64,000 nucleotides of DNA from Candidatus Latescibacterota bacterium (GCA_965219385.1 CBDCNM010000002.1:1170936-1234935); one strand, 5' to 3'. Shown: positions 48,992-60,564, counted from the stretch's first letter. Program-made: numbers and translations. Notes: generated by a model not told the origin, from the sequence alone.

Positions 48992-49115
48992 TGTTTTCCT
49001 CTCCTTCTTGTACCTGATTGAATGCCCCAAAGGGCGAAAATACAAACCGTCGATTCGTTCGGCGCCTATAAAAAAGACGAAAGGTTGTGAAAAGGGTTCC
49101 CCCGCCTTTTCAGAA

Positions 49116-51770
49116 TTACATCTCCACCACCTCCGCCTCAACCACCTCCTCTTCCCGTCCCGCACTCTCCAGATTTTCGTAGCGCACCACCAGTTCCCCC
49201 CCTTCCAGATCCACCTCGATCCACGCCCCATCCACTACCTCGCCACCGATCAGGGCCCGGCCGATGCGGGTCTCCAACTCGCGCTGCAAAAAACGCTTGA
49301 GCGGACGGGCCCCGAACACCGGATCAAAACCCTCCCGGGCGACGAACTCCTGGGCCCCTTCGGTGATATCCAGACCGATGCGGCGATCCTGCAGACGGGC
49401 GCGAAGCTCCCCGGTCATCAATCCCACGATCTGTTTGATCTCTTCCAGGGTCAAAGGCTTGAAGAGCACGATATCGTCCACCCGGTTGAGGAACTCCGGC
49501 CTGAAGTGCTGACGCAGTTCCTGCATCACCTGCTCGCGCGCCGCCGCGCGGATCTGGCCACTGGCGTCCAGCCCTTCCATCAGGTAGGGCGAGCCGATAT
49601 TGGAGGTCATGATGACCACGGTGTTCTTGAAGTCCACGGTGCGCCCCTGCGCGTCCGTGAGGCGCCCATCGTCCAGCAGCTGCAGCAGCAGGTTGAAGAC
49701 ATCTTGGTGGGCCTTCTCGATCTCATCGAACAGAATCACCGAGTAGGGTTTGCGCCTGACCGCCTCGGTGAGCTGCCCCCCCTCTTCGTACCCCACGTAC
49801 CCGGGAGGAGCCCCGATCAGGCGCGCAACCGCGTGCTTTTCCATGTACTCGCTCATGTCGATCCGCACCATGTTCTCCTCGGTATCGAAGAGGGTCTGCG
49901 CCAGGGCCTTGGCTAACTCGGTCTTGCCCACCCCCGTGGGACCCAGAAAGACAAACGAGCCTATGGGCCGGAGCGGGTCCTTGATGCCGGCCCGCGCCCG
50001 GATCACCGCATCCGCCACCAGGCCGACGGCCTCGTCCTGGCCGATCACCCGCTGGTGCAGGATCTGATCCAGGCGCAGCAACTTCTCCCTCTCGCCCTCG
50101 ACCAGGCGCAAGGCCGGTATCCCGGTCCAGCGCGACACGATCTCGGCGACCTCCTCTTCGGTGACTTCCTCGCGCAAAAGCCGGGGGCCCCTCGGTTCCC
50201 GATCACCTTGTTCCCCCAGCTGTCGCAGACGCTGTTCCAGCGCCGGCAATTGGCCGTGTTTGAGTTCGGCGGCGCGGTTGAGATCGTAGTGGCGTTCGGC
50301 TTCTTCGATGTCGCGCCGCACCTGCTCGATCTCCTCTCGGAGGCCGCGCTCTGTGCCGATAGCGGCCTTCTCCTCCTCCCACTGCGCCCGCATGGCATCG
50401 GCCTGTGTCTGGAGATCGGCGAGTTCCCGGCGCAAATCCGTCAGCCGCTCCCTGCTGGCCTTGTCCTTCTCCTTTTTGAGGGCCGCCTCTTCGATTTCCA
50501 GCTGCATCACCCGCCGGGTCACCTCGTCCAGCTCGGCCGGCATGGAATCGATCTCCGTGCGGATCATGGCGCCGGCCTCGTCCACCAGGTCGATGGCCTT
50601 GTCCGGCAGGAATCGATCCGCGATGTAGCGGTTGGAGAGCACGGCTGCCCCGACCAAGGCATTGTCCTGGATCCGCACCCCGTGGTGCACCTCGAAGCGC
50701 TCCCGCAGACCCCGCAAGATGGAGATGGCGTCCTCCACCGAAGGCGCCTCCACCTGCACCGGCTGGAAGCGGCGCTCCAGGGCTGCATCCTTCTCCACGT
50801 ACTTGCGGTACTCGTCCAGGGTGGTGGCCCCGATGCAGTGCAGCTCCCCCCGGGCCAGCATGGGCTTGAGCATATTGCCCGCATCCGTGGACCCTTCGGT
50901 GCGGCCGGCCCCGACGATGTTGTGCAGCTCGTCAATGAAGAGCAGGACGCGACCCTGGCTCTGTTTGATCTCGTTGAGCACGGCCTTGAGCCGCTCCTCG
51001 AACTCCCCGCGGTACTTGGCGCCGGCCATGAGGGCCCCCAGATCCAGCGAGAATATCGAGCGATCCTTCATCCACTCGGGTACATCCCCGCGCACGATGC
51101 GTTGCGCCAACCCCTCGACAATGGCGGTCTTGCCCACCCCGGGCTCGCCGATGAGGACCGGGTTGTTCTTGGTTTTGCGCGAGAGGATGCGGATCACCCG
51201 GCGGATCTCCGCGTCGCGACCGATGACCGGGTCCAGTTTGCCGGCGCGCACCTGGGCCACCAGATCCACCCCGTACTTCTCCAGGGCCTCGTAGGCCTCT
51301 TCCGGTGTGGCGCTGGAGACCCGCTGGTTGCCCCTGATCGCCATCAAGGCGGAGAGGAACCGATCCCGGCTGATATTAAACTGGGCCAGTACCCGGCCGG
51401 CGGCGGAATCGGCGCCCTCGCCGATCAGGGCAAGCACCAGGTGTTCCACCGAGATGTACTCGTCTTTGAGCTTTTGGGCCTCGTCCTCGGCAACCACGAA
51501 TAGTTCCTGGAGCCGCCGGGTGACGTGGATTTCCCTACCTGGTCCGGATACCCTCGGCCGCTTTTCGAGGGCTTCCACGACGGCCCTGCCAAAAACCTCC
51601 AGAGAGACCTCCATTCGCGTCAGGACGCGCGGCAACAGGCCGCCCTCCTGCTCCAGCAGGGCCACGAGCAGATGCTCGCCATCCACCTCGCTGTGGCCAT
51701 AGCGCAGGGCTTTGTTCTGAGCCTCCAGCAGGGCCTCCTGCGATTTCTGCGTCAGTTTGTGCATATCCAT
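49116..51770 (-). CDS. clpB: ATP-dependent chaperone ClpB
   Basis: 884 aa. Two AAA+ modules with Walker A motifs GEPGVGKT and GPTGVGKT. A long middle coiled-coil domain. Clp N-terminal repeats. Confidence 0.97.
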   Translation of the reverse strand: MDMHKLTQKSQEALLEAQNKALRYGHSEVDGEHLLVALLEQEGGLLPRVLTRMEVSLEVFGRAVVEALEKRPRVSGPGREIHVTRRLQELFVVAEDEAQKLKDEYISVEHLVLALIGEGADSAAGRVLAQFNISRDRFLSALMAIRGNQRVSSATPEEAYEALEKYGVDLVAQVRAGKLDPVIGRDAEIRRVIRILSRKTKNNPVLIGEPGVGKTAIVEGLAQRIVRGDVPEWMKDRSIFSLDLGALMAGAKYRGEFEERLKAVLNEIKQSQGRVLLFIDELHNIVGAGRTEGSTDAGNMLKPMLARGELHCIGATTLDEYRKYVEKDAALERRFQPVQVEAPSVEDAISILRGLRERFEVHHGVRIQDNALVGAAVLSNRYIADRFLPDKAIDLVDEAGAMIRTEIDSMPAELDEVTRRVMQLEIEEAALKKEKDKASRERLTDLRRELADLQTQADAMRAQWEEEKAAIGTERGLREEIEQVRRDIEEAERHYDLNRAAELKHGQLPALEQRLRQLGEQGDREPRGPRLLREEVTEEEVAEIVSRWTGIPALRLVEGEREKLLRLDQILHQRVIGQDEAVGLVADAVIRARAGIKDPLRPIGSFVFLGPTGVGKTELAKALAQTLFDTEENMVRIDMSEYMEKHAVARLIGAPPGYVGYEEGGQLTEAVRRKPYSVILFDEIEKAHQDVFNLLLQLLDDGRLTDAQGRTVDFKNTVVIMTSNIGSPYLMEGLDASGQIRAAAREQVMQELRQHFRPEFLNRVDDIVLFKPLTLEEIKQIVGLMTGELRARLQDRRIGLDITEGAQEFVAREGFDPVFGARPLKRFLQRELETRIGRALIGGEVVDGAWIEVDLEGGELVVRYENLESAGREEEVVEAEVVEM

Positions 51771-52180
51771 GGTGTTTTCCCTCTTTTTTCTCCTCTACTG
51801 CCGCGTGAGACTGGACCGTACGCTGGCTGCGGATCGTGGCCTTCTTGGACGGATTGCCGGGCCGGCCCATAGCGATCATATTGGGCCCGTTTCTCCCGGT
51901 CCCCCAGGACTTCATAGGCTTCGCTGATCTGGAGACTACAGTTCATAATTTCGCCAAAACCTCTGCATGAGAGTGGAGTATTTTCACCCTTGAAGCTTTG
52001 TGCAAATCCCGTACCGTTTTCTCTCAGAGCCCCCTTTCGTGCCCTTTTGGCAAAAAATCTCTTTCTATACTGCCTTTTTGGCACAAAAAGGAGCCGTATA
52101 AAAACGACTCCTTTGCGGCTCTCAACCCTCTGGTATGAGTTTTTACAAAATTTTTTAGCGTTGTGGTGAGCGCTGCAAGC

Positions 52181-53602
52181 TCAGGTTATCTTCAGCCTGA
52201 ATAGCATCAGGGAAAAGGACAAACCCTTGGAAACCCCCGGGAAAAACCCGCCGCGCGCGGCCAGGCCCATGTGCATGACCTCTAACTCCACATGGGGAAA
52301 GGTGAATGGCCCGAAGCCAAAACCAAGCGCCGAGCCATTGCCTCGCCCACCTACAGAAAGACCGAAGCTGGTGGGGAAAAACGGCACCAGGTGATACTCC
52401 ACCCCCGCCGAAACCCGGGGCGTGGTGGTGACGCCGAACCCGTTGCTGAAAGCTTGGTCCCAGTTGCCGACCACGGTCAGGTTGGGCGTCAGCTGGTACG
52501 CCCCCCCGACCCGCAGCATGGCCGGCAGGGAACGCGAGAAACGCTCTTCGCCCAATCTTTTGTGAAAGATCACAGCGCCCGTACAATTTGGCGGCTGCTC
52601 GTTCCCTATACATTCCCTGTCATTGTCCAGGACCTCTTCTATTGCTTTGACATCCACCAGACGGGTGACCAGCAGGTCATTGGCAGTGGCAAAGGCCGAA
52701 TCCTGCCGGGCCCAGATGCCCCAGGACATGGTATCCAGGAGGTTGAGCAGCCCCACGCTGAAGGTGGTCTTGCAATCCTTGGTGAGGCCGGCCGCGCCCA
52801 GGTCTAGGCCGAAACCGATCCCTCCACCGAACTGGGAGATCAAGTAGGCGTTCAGGTCCGTGCCCACGGCTTGGTTCGGGTCCTGGAAATAGGAGGCAAA
52901 GCCGCCATCCGAGCGTTTGACCTCTCCGTACACCCCGCCCATTAATTTCAAGGTGGCGCCGACCGCGAACTCGTTTAGATAGGGTTTGAACTGGGCCGGC
53001 ATCCAGACCTTGGCCCCGGCCAGGTTCAGGCTCCCCACACCCCAGCCCGAGCCATCCCACTTGGCAATATCGTAGGCCCGGTTGAACTCGTTGCCAAAGA
53101 GCATGAGATCGAATATGTCCCTGGGGATCTCGCTCTCGACACCCGTGGTCGCTCCCAGAACCACTGCCGAATGGATATCCCACCAGGGCAACTTGAAGGT
53201 CACCCCACTGTTGGCCAGCGGCAGGAGAAGCGCCAGATGCGGATCTATATCCAGGTTGAGCTTGAAACCATCGTCCTGGATATCGCCCAGCAGTTCCTGT
53301 TTCCGCGCTTCGTCGATAAAGCTCCCATCGGTGAAGTTGTCGTTGTAGGTCTGCACCGAAAAGCTGTTGTTCTCGGCGACCAGGGTAAATCCGAGGTTCA
53401 GGACATCCCACGAAAACTTGGAACCGCCTCCCAGGGCCAGATTGGCCGGATTCCAGAACACGGCTTCCGGACCGCGGGCCAGGGCAGTGTAGGTCTGCGC
53501 CAGGCCCATGGCGCGCGGTCCGGTATCGCTCAGACCGTAGGCCCCGGCAGAGAATCCTGCCAGGAAAAACGCCACAACCACTCTGAATCTGCTCGTTTTC
53601 AT
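52181..53602 (-). CDS. Putative outer-membrane beta-barrel protein
   Basis: 473 aa. Signal peptide MKTSRFRVVVAFFLAGFSAGAYG. Alternating hydrophobic beta-strand pattern with many aromatic/Gly residues. It is co-oriented with the upstream large lipoprotein gene. Confidence 0.45.
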   Translation of the reverse strand: MKTSRFRVVVAFFLAGFSAGAYGLSDTGPRAMGLAQTYTALARGPEAVFWNPANLALGGGSKFSWDVLNLGFTLVAENNSFSVQTYNDNFTDGSFIDEARKQELLGDIQDDGFKLNLDIDPHLALLLPLANSGVTFKLPWWDIHSAVVLGATTGVESEIPRDIFDLMLFGNEFNRAYDIAKWDGSGWGVGSLNLAGAKVWMPAQFKPYLNEFAVGATLKLMGGVYGEVKRSDGGFASYFQDPNQAVGTDLNAYLISQFGGGIGFGLDLGAAGLTKDCKTTFSVGLLNLLDTMSWGIWARQDSAFATANDLLVTRLVDVKAIEEVLDNDRECIGNEQPPNCTGAVIFHKRLGEERFSRSLPAMLRVGGAYQLTPNLTVVGNWDQAFSNGFGVTTTPRVSAGVEYHLVPFFPTSFGLSVGGRGNGSALGFGFGPFTFPHVELEVMHMGLAARGGFFPGVSKGLSFSLMLFRLKIT

Positions 53603-53639
53603 TCACCCCTCGGCTCTGATACCCCGCCGCTTGCCGCGC

Positions 53640-55787
53640 CTACTGGCTGCCAATGCGATACCCCGCCGCTTGCCGCGGGGAGGATTCATTGTTTTTCTCC
53701 CATTTGACCAGACTCTCGTTGAGTTCTATGACAACCTCGGTGGCGGCCTGGACATTGACCCAGTCCGAGCCGAGCAATTCCACAAACCCATCCGTGCCGT
53801 CGAATTCCACCAGCACGCCGGTGTAGCCCCCCCCATCCCGCAGGAATACCAGGACCTCGTCCTTGGTGAGTTCAATGGTTTGAGGTTGCGCCACTATGCT
53901 GCCGGTAGTGCGGCCGGTGACTGGATCGACCGGCGCGGCCTCGACCCCGAACGACGAACCATCCGTGGGAATTCTCAGGAGCGGATTGGTGTACACCTCT
54001 TCCTTGGTGGCCGCCACCCTCAGACTCACCCACACCGCCAGGGGGATGTGGTTTTCTATGAGGGTGATGGCCCTCGCGCTTTTCAAATTGTTGCTGATGC
54101 GCGTGCGCGCCTCCTCGTCTTCGAGTTCGCGGAACTTTGGATCGACCTCGATTCTGTCGTCCGCTTTGATCTGGAATTTCGCCGCTGAATTGAAGACCAC
54201 GCTGTCGACCCTGACCCAGTCGTCGGGCGTGATTTGCCCCGTGCTAACGCCGTCGCCAACAAGGACTTTGGGTGTCACCTCTATTGTATTCGGCAACAAA
54301 TTCAGAAAATCAGTGAGGACATCCGAGTCCGGAGTTACTACCATGGGTTGCGGATCGGCCGGATCACCGCGTTCAAAACGCTTTTTCATGGTGAAATCGA
54401 GGCTCTCCCCGGCCTTGTTCGAGCCCTTGATGAACAGCTCTATATCGCTTTGAAAATCCACCGCCGAGGTCAAATACACATCCAGAGAAGTGGTTTTGAG
54501 CGCGATGTTTTCCAGGCCTTCGGGAAAGGCGACATTCTTCGTCGCCGAGGGCACATCCAGTTCAAGGCCATTCAGGATCCCGTTAACCCGGCTGAAGAGC
54601 AGGTCTTCGGTCTCTACCTGTATAAAAACCAGCTCGCCGGAATTGATTGGCACCGGCCTTTCAGAATCAGCGGTCAAAACCTCATAGGACAGCCGCATTT
54701 CGAGCGGATCCAGCGGGGCGAAATCTGTGAGGTCGAGATTAAATCTGTGAAGTACAACTTCTCCTGGCCGCAATTCATCGATCCTGAACTCCACCGGGTT
54801 GCCGGACGCGTCCTCCAGGTCGTCCAGCCGGAGCGTGATCTGCGCGACCAGCGGTATATCATGCTGCACGGACAGACTCAGCCCCCCCTGGCTGATCTGG
54901 GCGAACTCGATCTTGATGCGGTCGTCGGGAAACGAAATCACCCGATTGTCCGAGAATGTCTGCGGAGGAATGCGGGCTACCGCCTGTTCCACGGCCATAT
55001 CGCGCCGGCGCGTCTGGATGACCACTCCGGGCTCTCCCTCGATGAGCACATTGTCTGCCGCCACCGTGGTCCCCCTGACCACAATGCCGAGATTGCCCGA
55101 GATATCAGCGCCGTCCATAATAAATGCGCCATGAGCTATGCTACCGGCCGGTACCACGCCCACAGGGAGAGCAGCGACCTCCCGATCCCCTCTAGCGCGA
55201 TCGATCAGCACCAAGTGCAGGTCGAGATCCACAGGCAGACCGTTGTCTATATTGACATCGATCCCGCCCGTCCGGATGATCAGGGATTCCACATCTTCGA
55301 GCGGCAGGTCGCTGGTTTGGTCAATGCCGGTTGCGGGAATCGCCACTGCTATGCCCAGCCCTTTGATTCTAGCGAACTCCGCGTCGCCCAGCATGGTGCG
55401 CAGGGAGATGGGAATGGCCGATATGTCCCGCCCGGGAATCTCGATATCGCCGATCGGGGTCTCGAAGCGATCCGGCCTCTGGGGCTTAACCTTGAGGCGA
55501 TCCCCGATCTCCTGGCGATTATCGATTTCGGTATTGATCTTGAGCGACGTGCTGTTATCCTGGTTGTTGATCCAGAGAAATTCCGCGTGATCTTCGACCA
55601 CTTCGAAGATGGTCGTGCGTTCATCCGCCACTGGAATGCGCAGGGTCCAGTCGGTACTCGGCACCTGCGGTTTGCCGATCGCGCAGCCATGGATCGCCAA
55701 GCCGACCAGGAGCGCGGCACCCCCGCTCGCCACGACCTGCCGGCCTTTCCAGGCCCAGCTGATCCCGAATCTCGCCCTTTTCACCAT
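53640..55787 (-). CDS. Large secreted lipoprotein of unknown function
   Basis: 715 aa. N-terminal signal with a lipobox-like LAIHGC. Sequence composition suggests beta-rich repeats. No catalytic motifs recognised. Confidence 0.5.
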   Translation of the reverse strand: MVKRARFGISWAWKGRQVVASGGAALLVGLAIHGCAIGKPQVPSTDWTLRIPVADERTTIFEVVEDHAEFLWINNQDNSTSLKINTEIDNRQEIGDRLKVKPQRPDRFETPIGDIEIPGRDISAIPISLRTMLGDAEFARIKGLGIAVAIPATGIDQTSDLPLEDVESLIIRTGGIDVNIDNGLPVDLDLHLVLIDRARGDREVAALPVGVVPAGSIAHGAFIMDGADISGNLGIVVRGTTVAADNVLIEGEPGVVIQTRRRDMAVEQAVARIPPQTFSDNRVISFPDDRIKIEFAQISQGGLSLSVQHDIPLVAQITLRLDDLEDASGNPVEFRIDELRPGEVVLHRFNLDLTDFAPLDPLEMRLSYEVLTADSERPVPINSGELVFIQVETEDLLFSRVNGILNGLELDVPSATKNVAFPEGLENIALKTTSLDVYLTSAVDFQSDIELFIKGSNKAGESLDFTMKKRFERGDPADPQPMVVTPDSDVLTDFLNLLPNTIEVTPKVLVGDGVSTGQITPDDWVRVDSVVFNSAAKFQIKADDRIEVDPKFRELEDEEARTRISNNLKSARAITLIENHIPLAVWVSLRVAATKEEVYTNPLLRIPTDGSSFGVEAAPVDPVTGRTTGSIVAQPQTIELTKDEVLVFLRDGGGYTGVLVEFDGTDGFVELLGSDWVNVQAATEVVIELNESLVKWEKNNESSPRQAAGYRIGSQ

Positions 55788-55879
55788 GGGTCTCCTGGCC
55801 CTTGATAGGGAGATAACATATCAATCCTTCTGAAGATGGTATCTTTTTCTGCGCGGGCCGGGTCCCGCTTCGCCCATCC

Positions 55880-57046
55880 TTACTTGAGTCCCGCGGCCTT
55901 TCTCAGGGCCTTGACTTGGTCGGTCTTTTCCCAGGTAAAATTGGCGCTGTTGCGTCCGAAGTGGCCGTAGGTCGCTGTTTTTCTGTAGATTGGACGCTGC
56001 AGTTTCAGGGTATCGATAATGCCCCTGGGCGTCAGTTTGAACACCTGGCAAACCAGTCCGGCGATATCGGCATCCGGGAGCCGGCCGGTGCCGTAGGTAT
56101 CCACCAGCACGGATACGGGCTGAGCCACGCCAATGGCATAGGCCAGCTGCAGCTGGCAGCGATCGGCCAGACGGGCGGCCACGATGTTCTTGGCCACGTA
56201 GCGCGCCATGTAATGGGCGCTGCGGTCGACCTTGGAAGGGTCCTTGCCCGAAAAGGCGCCGCCGCCGTGCGGGCACATGCCGCCGTAGGTGTCCACGATG
56301 ATCTTGCGGCCGGTCAGACCGCAGTCCCCGTGCGGTCCCCCTACCACAAAACGCCCCGTGGGGTTTACATGGTAGATGGTATCGGCGTCCAGGTACCTGG
56401 CCGGAATCACCTTCTTGATCACCTGCTGAATCATGTCGCGGGTAATCCGTTTGTGGCTGGCGCGGGGATCGTGCTGCGTGGAGATCACCACCGTGTCCAC
56501 CCTTGCGGGCCGGCCGTTCGCGTACTCGACCGTGACCTGGGACTTGGCGTCCGGCCGCAGGTAGGGCAGTTTCTTTTTCTGGCGCAAGCCGGCCAGGTGC
56601 TCCAGCAACTTGTGCGACAAGACGATCGGCAAGGGCATCAGTTGCGGGGTCTCCCGGCAGGCATAACCGAACATCATGCCTTGGTCGCCGGCGCCCTGTT
56701 CGGCGTGGAGCCCTTCCCCCTCGTCCACGCCCTGAGCAATGTCGGGAGACTGCTTGTCCAGGGCCACCAGAATGCCGCAGGAGCGGCTGTCGAATCCGTA
56801 GGCCGGATCGGTGTAGCCGATCTCCTCGATGGTCCGGCGCACCAGGCTTTGCACATCCACCTGGGCCCGGCTGGTGACCTCGCCGGCGACCACCACCTGC
56901 CCGGTAGTGACCAGGGTCTCGCAGGCGACCCGGGATGTCTTATCCTGCTCCAGCAGGGCATCGAGTACGGCATCGGAGATCTGGTCCGCAACCTTGTCCG
57001 GATGCCCTTCGGAAACCGATTCGGAGGTAAAAAGGTATCTTTCCAT
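55880..57046 (-). CDS. metK: S-adenosylmethionine synthetase
   Basis: [32 protein letters not shown]… together with the GGGAFSGKD motif is diagnostic. Confidence 0.97.
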   Translation of the reverse strand: MERYLFTSESVSEGHPDKVADQISDAVLDALLEQDKTSRVACETLVTTGQVVVAGEVTSRAQVDVQSLVRRTIEEIGYTDPAYGFDSRSCGILVALDKQSPDIAQGVDEGEGLHAEQGAGDQGMMFGYACRETPQLMPLPIVLSHKLLEHLAGLRQKKKLPYLRPDAKSQVTVEYANGRPARVDTVVISTQHDPRASHKRITRDMIQQVIKKVIPARYLDADTIYHVNPTGRFVVGGPHGDCGLTGRKIIVDTYGGMCPHGGGAFSGKDPSKVDRSAHYMARYVAKNIVAARLADRCQLQLAYAIGVAQPVSVLVDTYGTGRLPDADIAGLVCQVFKLTPRGIIDTLKLQRPIYRKTATYGHFGRNSANFTWEKTDQVKALRKAAGLK

Positions 57047-57067
57047 TCTATCTGTACCCCTGTGGGT

Positions 57068-57507
57068 TCAACTGGTTATTTGCGACATATCCCCTACATT
57101 CAGCTGGCTCGTCCGACCCTTGACAACAGCCTGAAAACCAATGATCGAGTCCTCCAGCAAGACATCTTCCACCATGGCTTGCTCACCTACGATGGTGTCC
57201 TGCACTATGGCTTTATGGATCCGTGCATCGCGCCCAATGGATACGTAGGGCCCAACCACCGAGCAGCTCACTTTTGCCGAAGGATCTAGGTGGACAGGCG
57301 GCACGATGACCGTATCCTGGCCATGGTCCGGCAACGGCGCCCCCTTCTTCCCAGGGCAACCAGCTGGTCGAGAATATGTCCAATTATGGGCTGTCCGGCA
57401 ACGTGCAATAAAGGCTTGGGCCGCGTATAGGTATGGGGCTGCAACCGGATGCCGTAGCCGGCCACCGGCACCATAGCCCACAATCTGTTGACGTCAATTC
57501 GTTCCAC
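57068..57507 (-). pseudogene. Sugar-phosphate nucleotidyltransferase remnant (N-terminal Rossmann start and C-terminal left-handed beta-helix only)
   Basis: The 57286-57507 frame starts …[39 protein letters not shown]…, the NTP-transferase signature. The 57068-57481 frame ends with hexapeptide-repeat-like sequence. The total span is only about 440 bp, against more than 700 bp expected. This implies internal deletion plus a frameshift. Confidence 0.5.
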
Positions 57508-57525
57508 CTTTCCTTCTTTGCCACT

Positions 57526-59292
57526 CTACCCCTGCCAGAAAGGCAACCCCCCCAGCCGATCCCGCATGGTATCTTCCAGGTAGCTCCGCACCGCCGCTAC
57601 TGTCTCCAATTCCAGACAATGCCCTGCCACCTGATGAGCCTCGGCCAGACTGATGGAGCGAATGATCTCTTTGACCTCCGGGATCAGCCCTGGACTGAGA
57701 CTCAGGGATTTGAGTTCCAGGCCCACCAGCAAGAGCGTGGCCAGTGGATCGCCCGCCATTTCGCCGCATATACTTACCGGAATATTGTGCCTTTGTCCCG
57801 TGTCCGCCACCATTTTTATCAGTTTCAGGACCGCTGGATGGAAGGGATCGTACAGACCCGCCACCTTGGTAGTGCCGCGATCCACCGCCAGGGTGTACTG
57901 GGTCAGATCATTGGTGCCCAGGCTGAAGAAATCCACCTCGTTGGCAAACTGATCGGCCATGAGCGCCACCGAAGGCACCTCGACCATGACACCCACCTTG
58001 CAATCTTCCTGGAAGCCCTGCCCTTCAGCGCGCAATTCGGCCTTGGCCTCCTCGAGAATCGCCCGGGCCTGGCGCAATTCATCCAGGCTCGAGATCATGG
58101 GTAGTAAGAGCTGTACTTCTCCTTTGAGGCCCGCTCTGAGCAGGGCCCGCAATTGCGTCTTGAACAGATCGGGCGCATCCAGGCAAATGCGGATTCCACG
58201 CCATCCCAGAAAGGGATTGGCCTCCGGGGTGACATCCAGTATGTGGGACAGCTTGTCTCCTCCCAGATCTATGGTGCGGATGACCACGGGATAGGGAGCC
58301 AGGGCTTTGACGATCTGGGTGTAGGATCTGAGCTGTTCTTCCTCGCTGGGCAAGCGATAACCCAGGTAGAGAAACTCCGTGCGGTACATCCCCACTCCCC
58401 GGGCTCCGTGCTCGACGGCGGACTGGATCTCGGCTGGCAGCTCAATATTGGCCATCAAGGTGATTTCTTTGCCGTCCTGGGTAGTGCCCGAGAGCTCCCG
58501 CCGCGCCTGCAAACCGCGCTCGCGCCGCACCTGGCGGCGCAGCTGGTTGCGATATTGCCGCAAAAGTTCCAGGCTCGGACGCACATAGACGATGCCCCGG
58601 TTGCCATCGACGATTACTACATCGCCGGAGGCGATCTCCCGGGAGCCGTTTTCCGTCCCCACCACCGTGGGCAGACGCATCGAACGAGCGATGATGCTGG
58701 TGTGTGACGTGACACCTCCGACATCCGTGACCAGGCCCTTGACATAGCGACGTCCCAACTGGGCCGCCTCCGAGGGCAGGAGTTCGTGGATCACCACCAC
58801 GGTATTGGCGCGCAGGGCATGCAGGACCTGGAGCTCGCCGCCGGCCAGCCGGATCAGCACCTGATTTTCAATATCCATCACATCGCTGAGCCGCTCCCGC
58901 AGGTATTCGACTTCGACCCGTTCGAACATCTTCTTCATCTGCTTCAGGGTCAGCGAAAAGGCATACTCCGCCGTGTAGTACTTCTGACGGATCAGGGTCA
59001 GGGTCTGCTCCTTGACTTCCACATCCTCCAGCATGGTCAGCTGGGCCCCGAAGATCTGGGCCAGATCGGCGCCCTGCTCCATCTCGACCAGATGCTGGGT
59101 GCGGCGGATCTCCTCACCGGCCTGGTGCAGGGTCTGGAGAAAGCGCTCCACTTCGGCATCCACCTGATGGGGCGCGATCCTGCGCCTGGCAATGCGGGGG
59201 ATCTCCTTGTGGTAGATGAAGGCCCTGCCGATGGCGATCCCGGACGCCGCCGCAATCCCCACGAGTCGTTTATGAGTCTCTTCTTGGCTCAA
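57526..59292 (-). CDS. ptsI: Phosphoenolpyruvate-protein phosphotransferase (PTS enzyme I)
   Basis: 588 aa. N-terminal HPr-binding domain. Phospho-histidine region. C-terminal PEP-utilising TIM-barrel motifs (…GGRTSHTSI…, …FFSLGTNDLTQY…). Confidence 0.95.
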   Translation of the reverse strand: MSQEETHKRLVGIAAASGIAIGRAFIYHKEIPRIARRRIAPHQVDAEVERFLQTLHQAGEEIRRTQHLVEMEQGADLAQIFGAQLTMLEDVEVKEQTLTLIRQKYYTAEYAFSLTLKQMKKMFERVEVEYLRERLSDVMDIENQVLIRLAGGELQVLHALRANTVVVIHELLPSEAAQLGRRYVKGLVTDVGGVTSHTSIIARSMRLPTVVGTENGSREIASGDVVIVDGNRGIVYVRPSLELLRQYRNQLRRQVRRERGLQARRELSGTTQDGKEITLMANIELPAEIQSAVEHGARGVGMYRTEFLYLGYRLPSEEEQLRSYTQIVKALAPYPVVIRTIDLGGDKLSHILDVTPEANPFLGWRGIRICLDAPDLFKTQLRALLRAGLKGEVQLLLPMISSLDELRQARAILEEAKAELRAEGQGFQEDCKVGVMVEVPSVALMADQFANEVDFFSLGTNDLTQYTLAVDRGTTKVAGLYDPFHPAVLKLIKMVADTGQRHNIPVSICGEMAGDPLATLLLVGLELKSLSLSPGLIPEVKEIIRSISLAEAHQVAGHCLELETVAAVRSYLEDTMRDRLGGLPFWQG

Positions 59293-59561
59293 GCCTGGTC
59301 CTCGAAATTGCTCTCCAGTAAAGCAGTCACCACTGCCACCGCCTCGGCTGCGTCCTCTCCCTCGGTCTCGACGGTTATTTCCGCTCCCTGCTCGGCGGCC
59401 AGCATCATAACCCCCATGATGCTCTTGCCGTTGATCCGCTGGACTTCTCCTTTGGAGAGAAAAATATCCGCCTTGAACTTGGATGCACCATGCACCAGCA
59501 GAGCCGCCGGCCGCGCGTGGATCCCCAGACGGTTTTTGACGATCGCTTTTTTCTTTATCAT
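59289..59561 (-). CDS. ptsH: Phosphocarrier protein HPr
   Basis: The sequence MIKKKAIVKNRLGIHARPAALLV… carries the active His in the GIHARPA context. About 90 aa from ATG 59561, preceded by gggagg. The 4-bp overlap with ptsI is the usual arrangement. Confidence 0.9.
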   Translation of the reverse strand: MIKKKAIVKNRLGIHARPAALLVHGASKFKADIFLSKGEVQRINGKSIMGVMMLAAEQGAEITVETEGEDAAEAVAVVTALLESNFEDQA

Positions 59562-59805
59562 CTCCTGCCTCCCAACAAGCGCTGCAACAAGCTCGGCCGG
59601 CGCGGCTGGGGCAGCCTTGCCCAGCCTTGCCCGGCGCGGCTCGACGGGCTCGCCGCGTCCAGTTCTGTCGGGATTTTCCGAGAACGGGCGCCGCACCTCG
59701 ACCTTGCTACAAAGCTCCTGAACCCAGGTGCGGGCAGCCATCGGGGAAAAGGGACTTTTTTCCAGGTCGTAGCAATGAATATCCACCATACCGGACATGG
59801 GGCCC

Positions 59806-60564
59806 CTAACCTTTTACATGTATGGCTGCACTCAATTCGCGCAGGTCTCGCTCCAGGCGTGCACCATCCCCTTCCACCACCTTACCTGTAACCACAAAAC
59901 TGGCTCCAGACTCTATCTTGGCCCGGGCGGTCTCAGCATCGCGGATGCCACCGCCGACAATGACCGGCAGTGAAACATAGTCCGCCACGGCGCGCACCAT
60001 CTCGTCCGGCACGGGATCAGCGGCCCCGCTCCCGGCTTCCAGGTAGACCGTTTTCATGCCAATGTACTCGGCGGCCAGGGCGTGCGCCATGGCGATATCG
60101 TACTTGGTGCGCGGTATGGGCCGGGTATTGCTCATAAATTCCACCGAAGTCAAGGTTCCCGACTCGATGAGCATGTACCCGGTGGAGATGATCTCGACGC
60201 CGGATTTTTTTAACAGAGGCGCAGCCTTCATCTGCTGGCCGATCAGCAGTTCGGCGTTGCGACCGCTGATCATCGACAGGAAGAGGATGGCGTCGGCCAT
60301 CGGTGTCACCTGGCTTGCCCCGCCTGGAAAACTGATCACGGGAATCTCCACCTGCTCCTTGATGCGCTCGAAGAAAACCGCGTGGTTGCTGGAAAACATC
60401 AGGCTGGTGCCCACCAGGAGCGCGTCCGCTCCCGCCTCGGCGCACAGCAGGGCGCGTTGTTCCAGTTCGGCAGGGGTGAGGCGATCGGGATCCAGCAGGG
60501 TCAGGTACCCGGCCCCGCGCTGTTCCACGACTCCCCGCAGGTATTCCAGTGTGGTAGACTTCAT
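59806..60564 (-). CDS. PcrB/GGGPS-family (hepta/geranylgeranyl)glyceryl phosphate synthase
   Basis: 252-aa TIM-barrel protein. The N-terminal region …GAGYLTLLDPD…, a central DALLVGTS-like segment and the C-terminal …LPVIVGGGIRD… all match the PcrB/GGGP synthase family. A member of this family sits here among bacterial housekeeping genes (alaS, recX, recA). Confidence 0.7.
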   Translation of the reverse strand: MKSTTLEYLRGVVEQRGAGYLTLLDPDRLTPAELEQRALLCAEAGADALLVGTSLMFSSNHAVFFERIKEQVEIPVISFPGGASQVTPMADAILFLSMISGRNAELLIGQQMKAAPLLKKSGVEIISTGYMLIESGTLTSVEFMSNTRPIPRTKYDIAMAHALAAEYIGMKTVYLEAGSGAADPVPDEMVRAVADYVSLPVIVGGGIRDAETARAKIESGASFVVTGKVVEGDGARLERDLRELSAAIHVKG

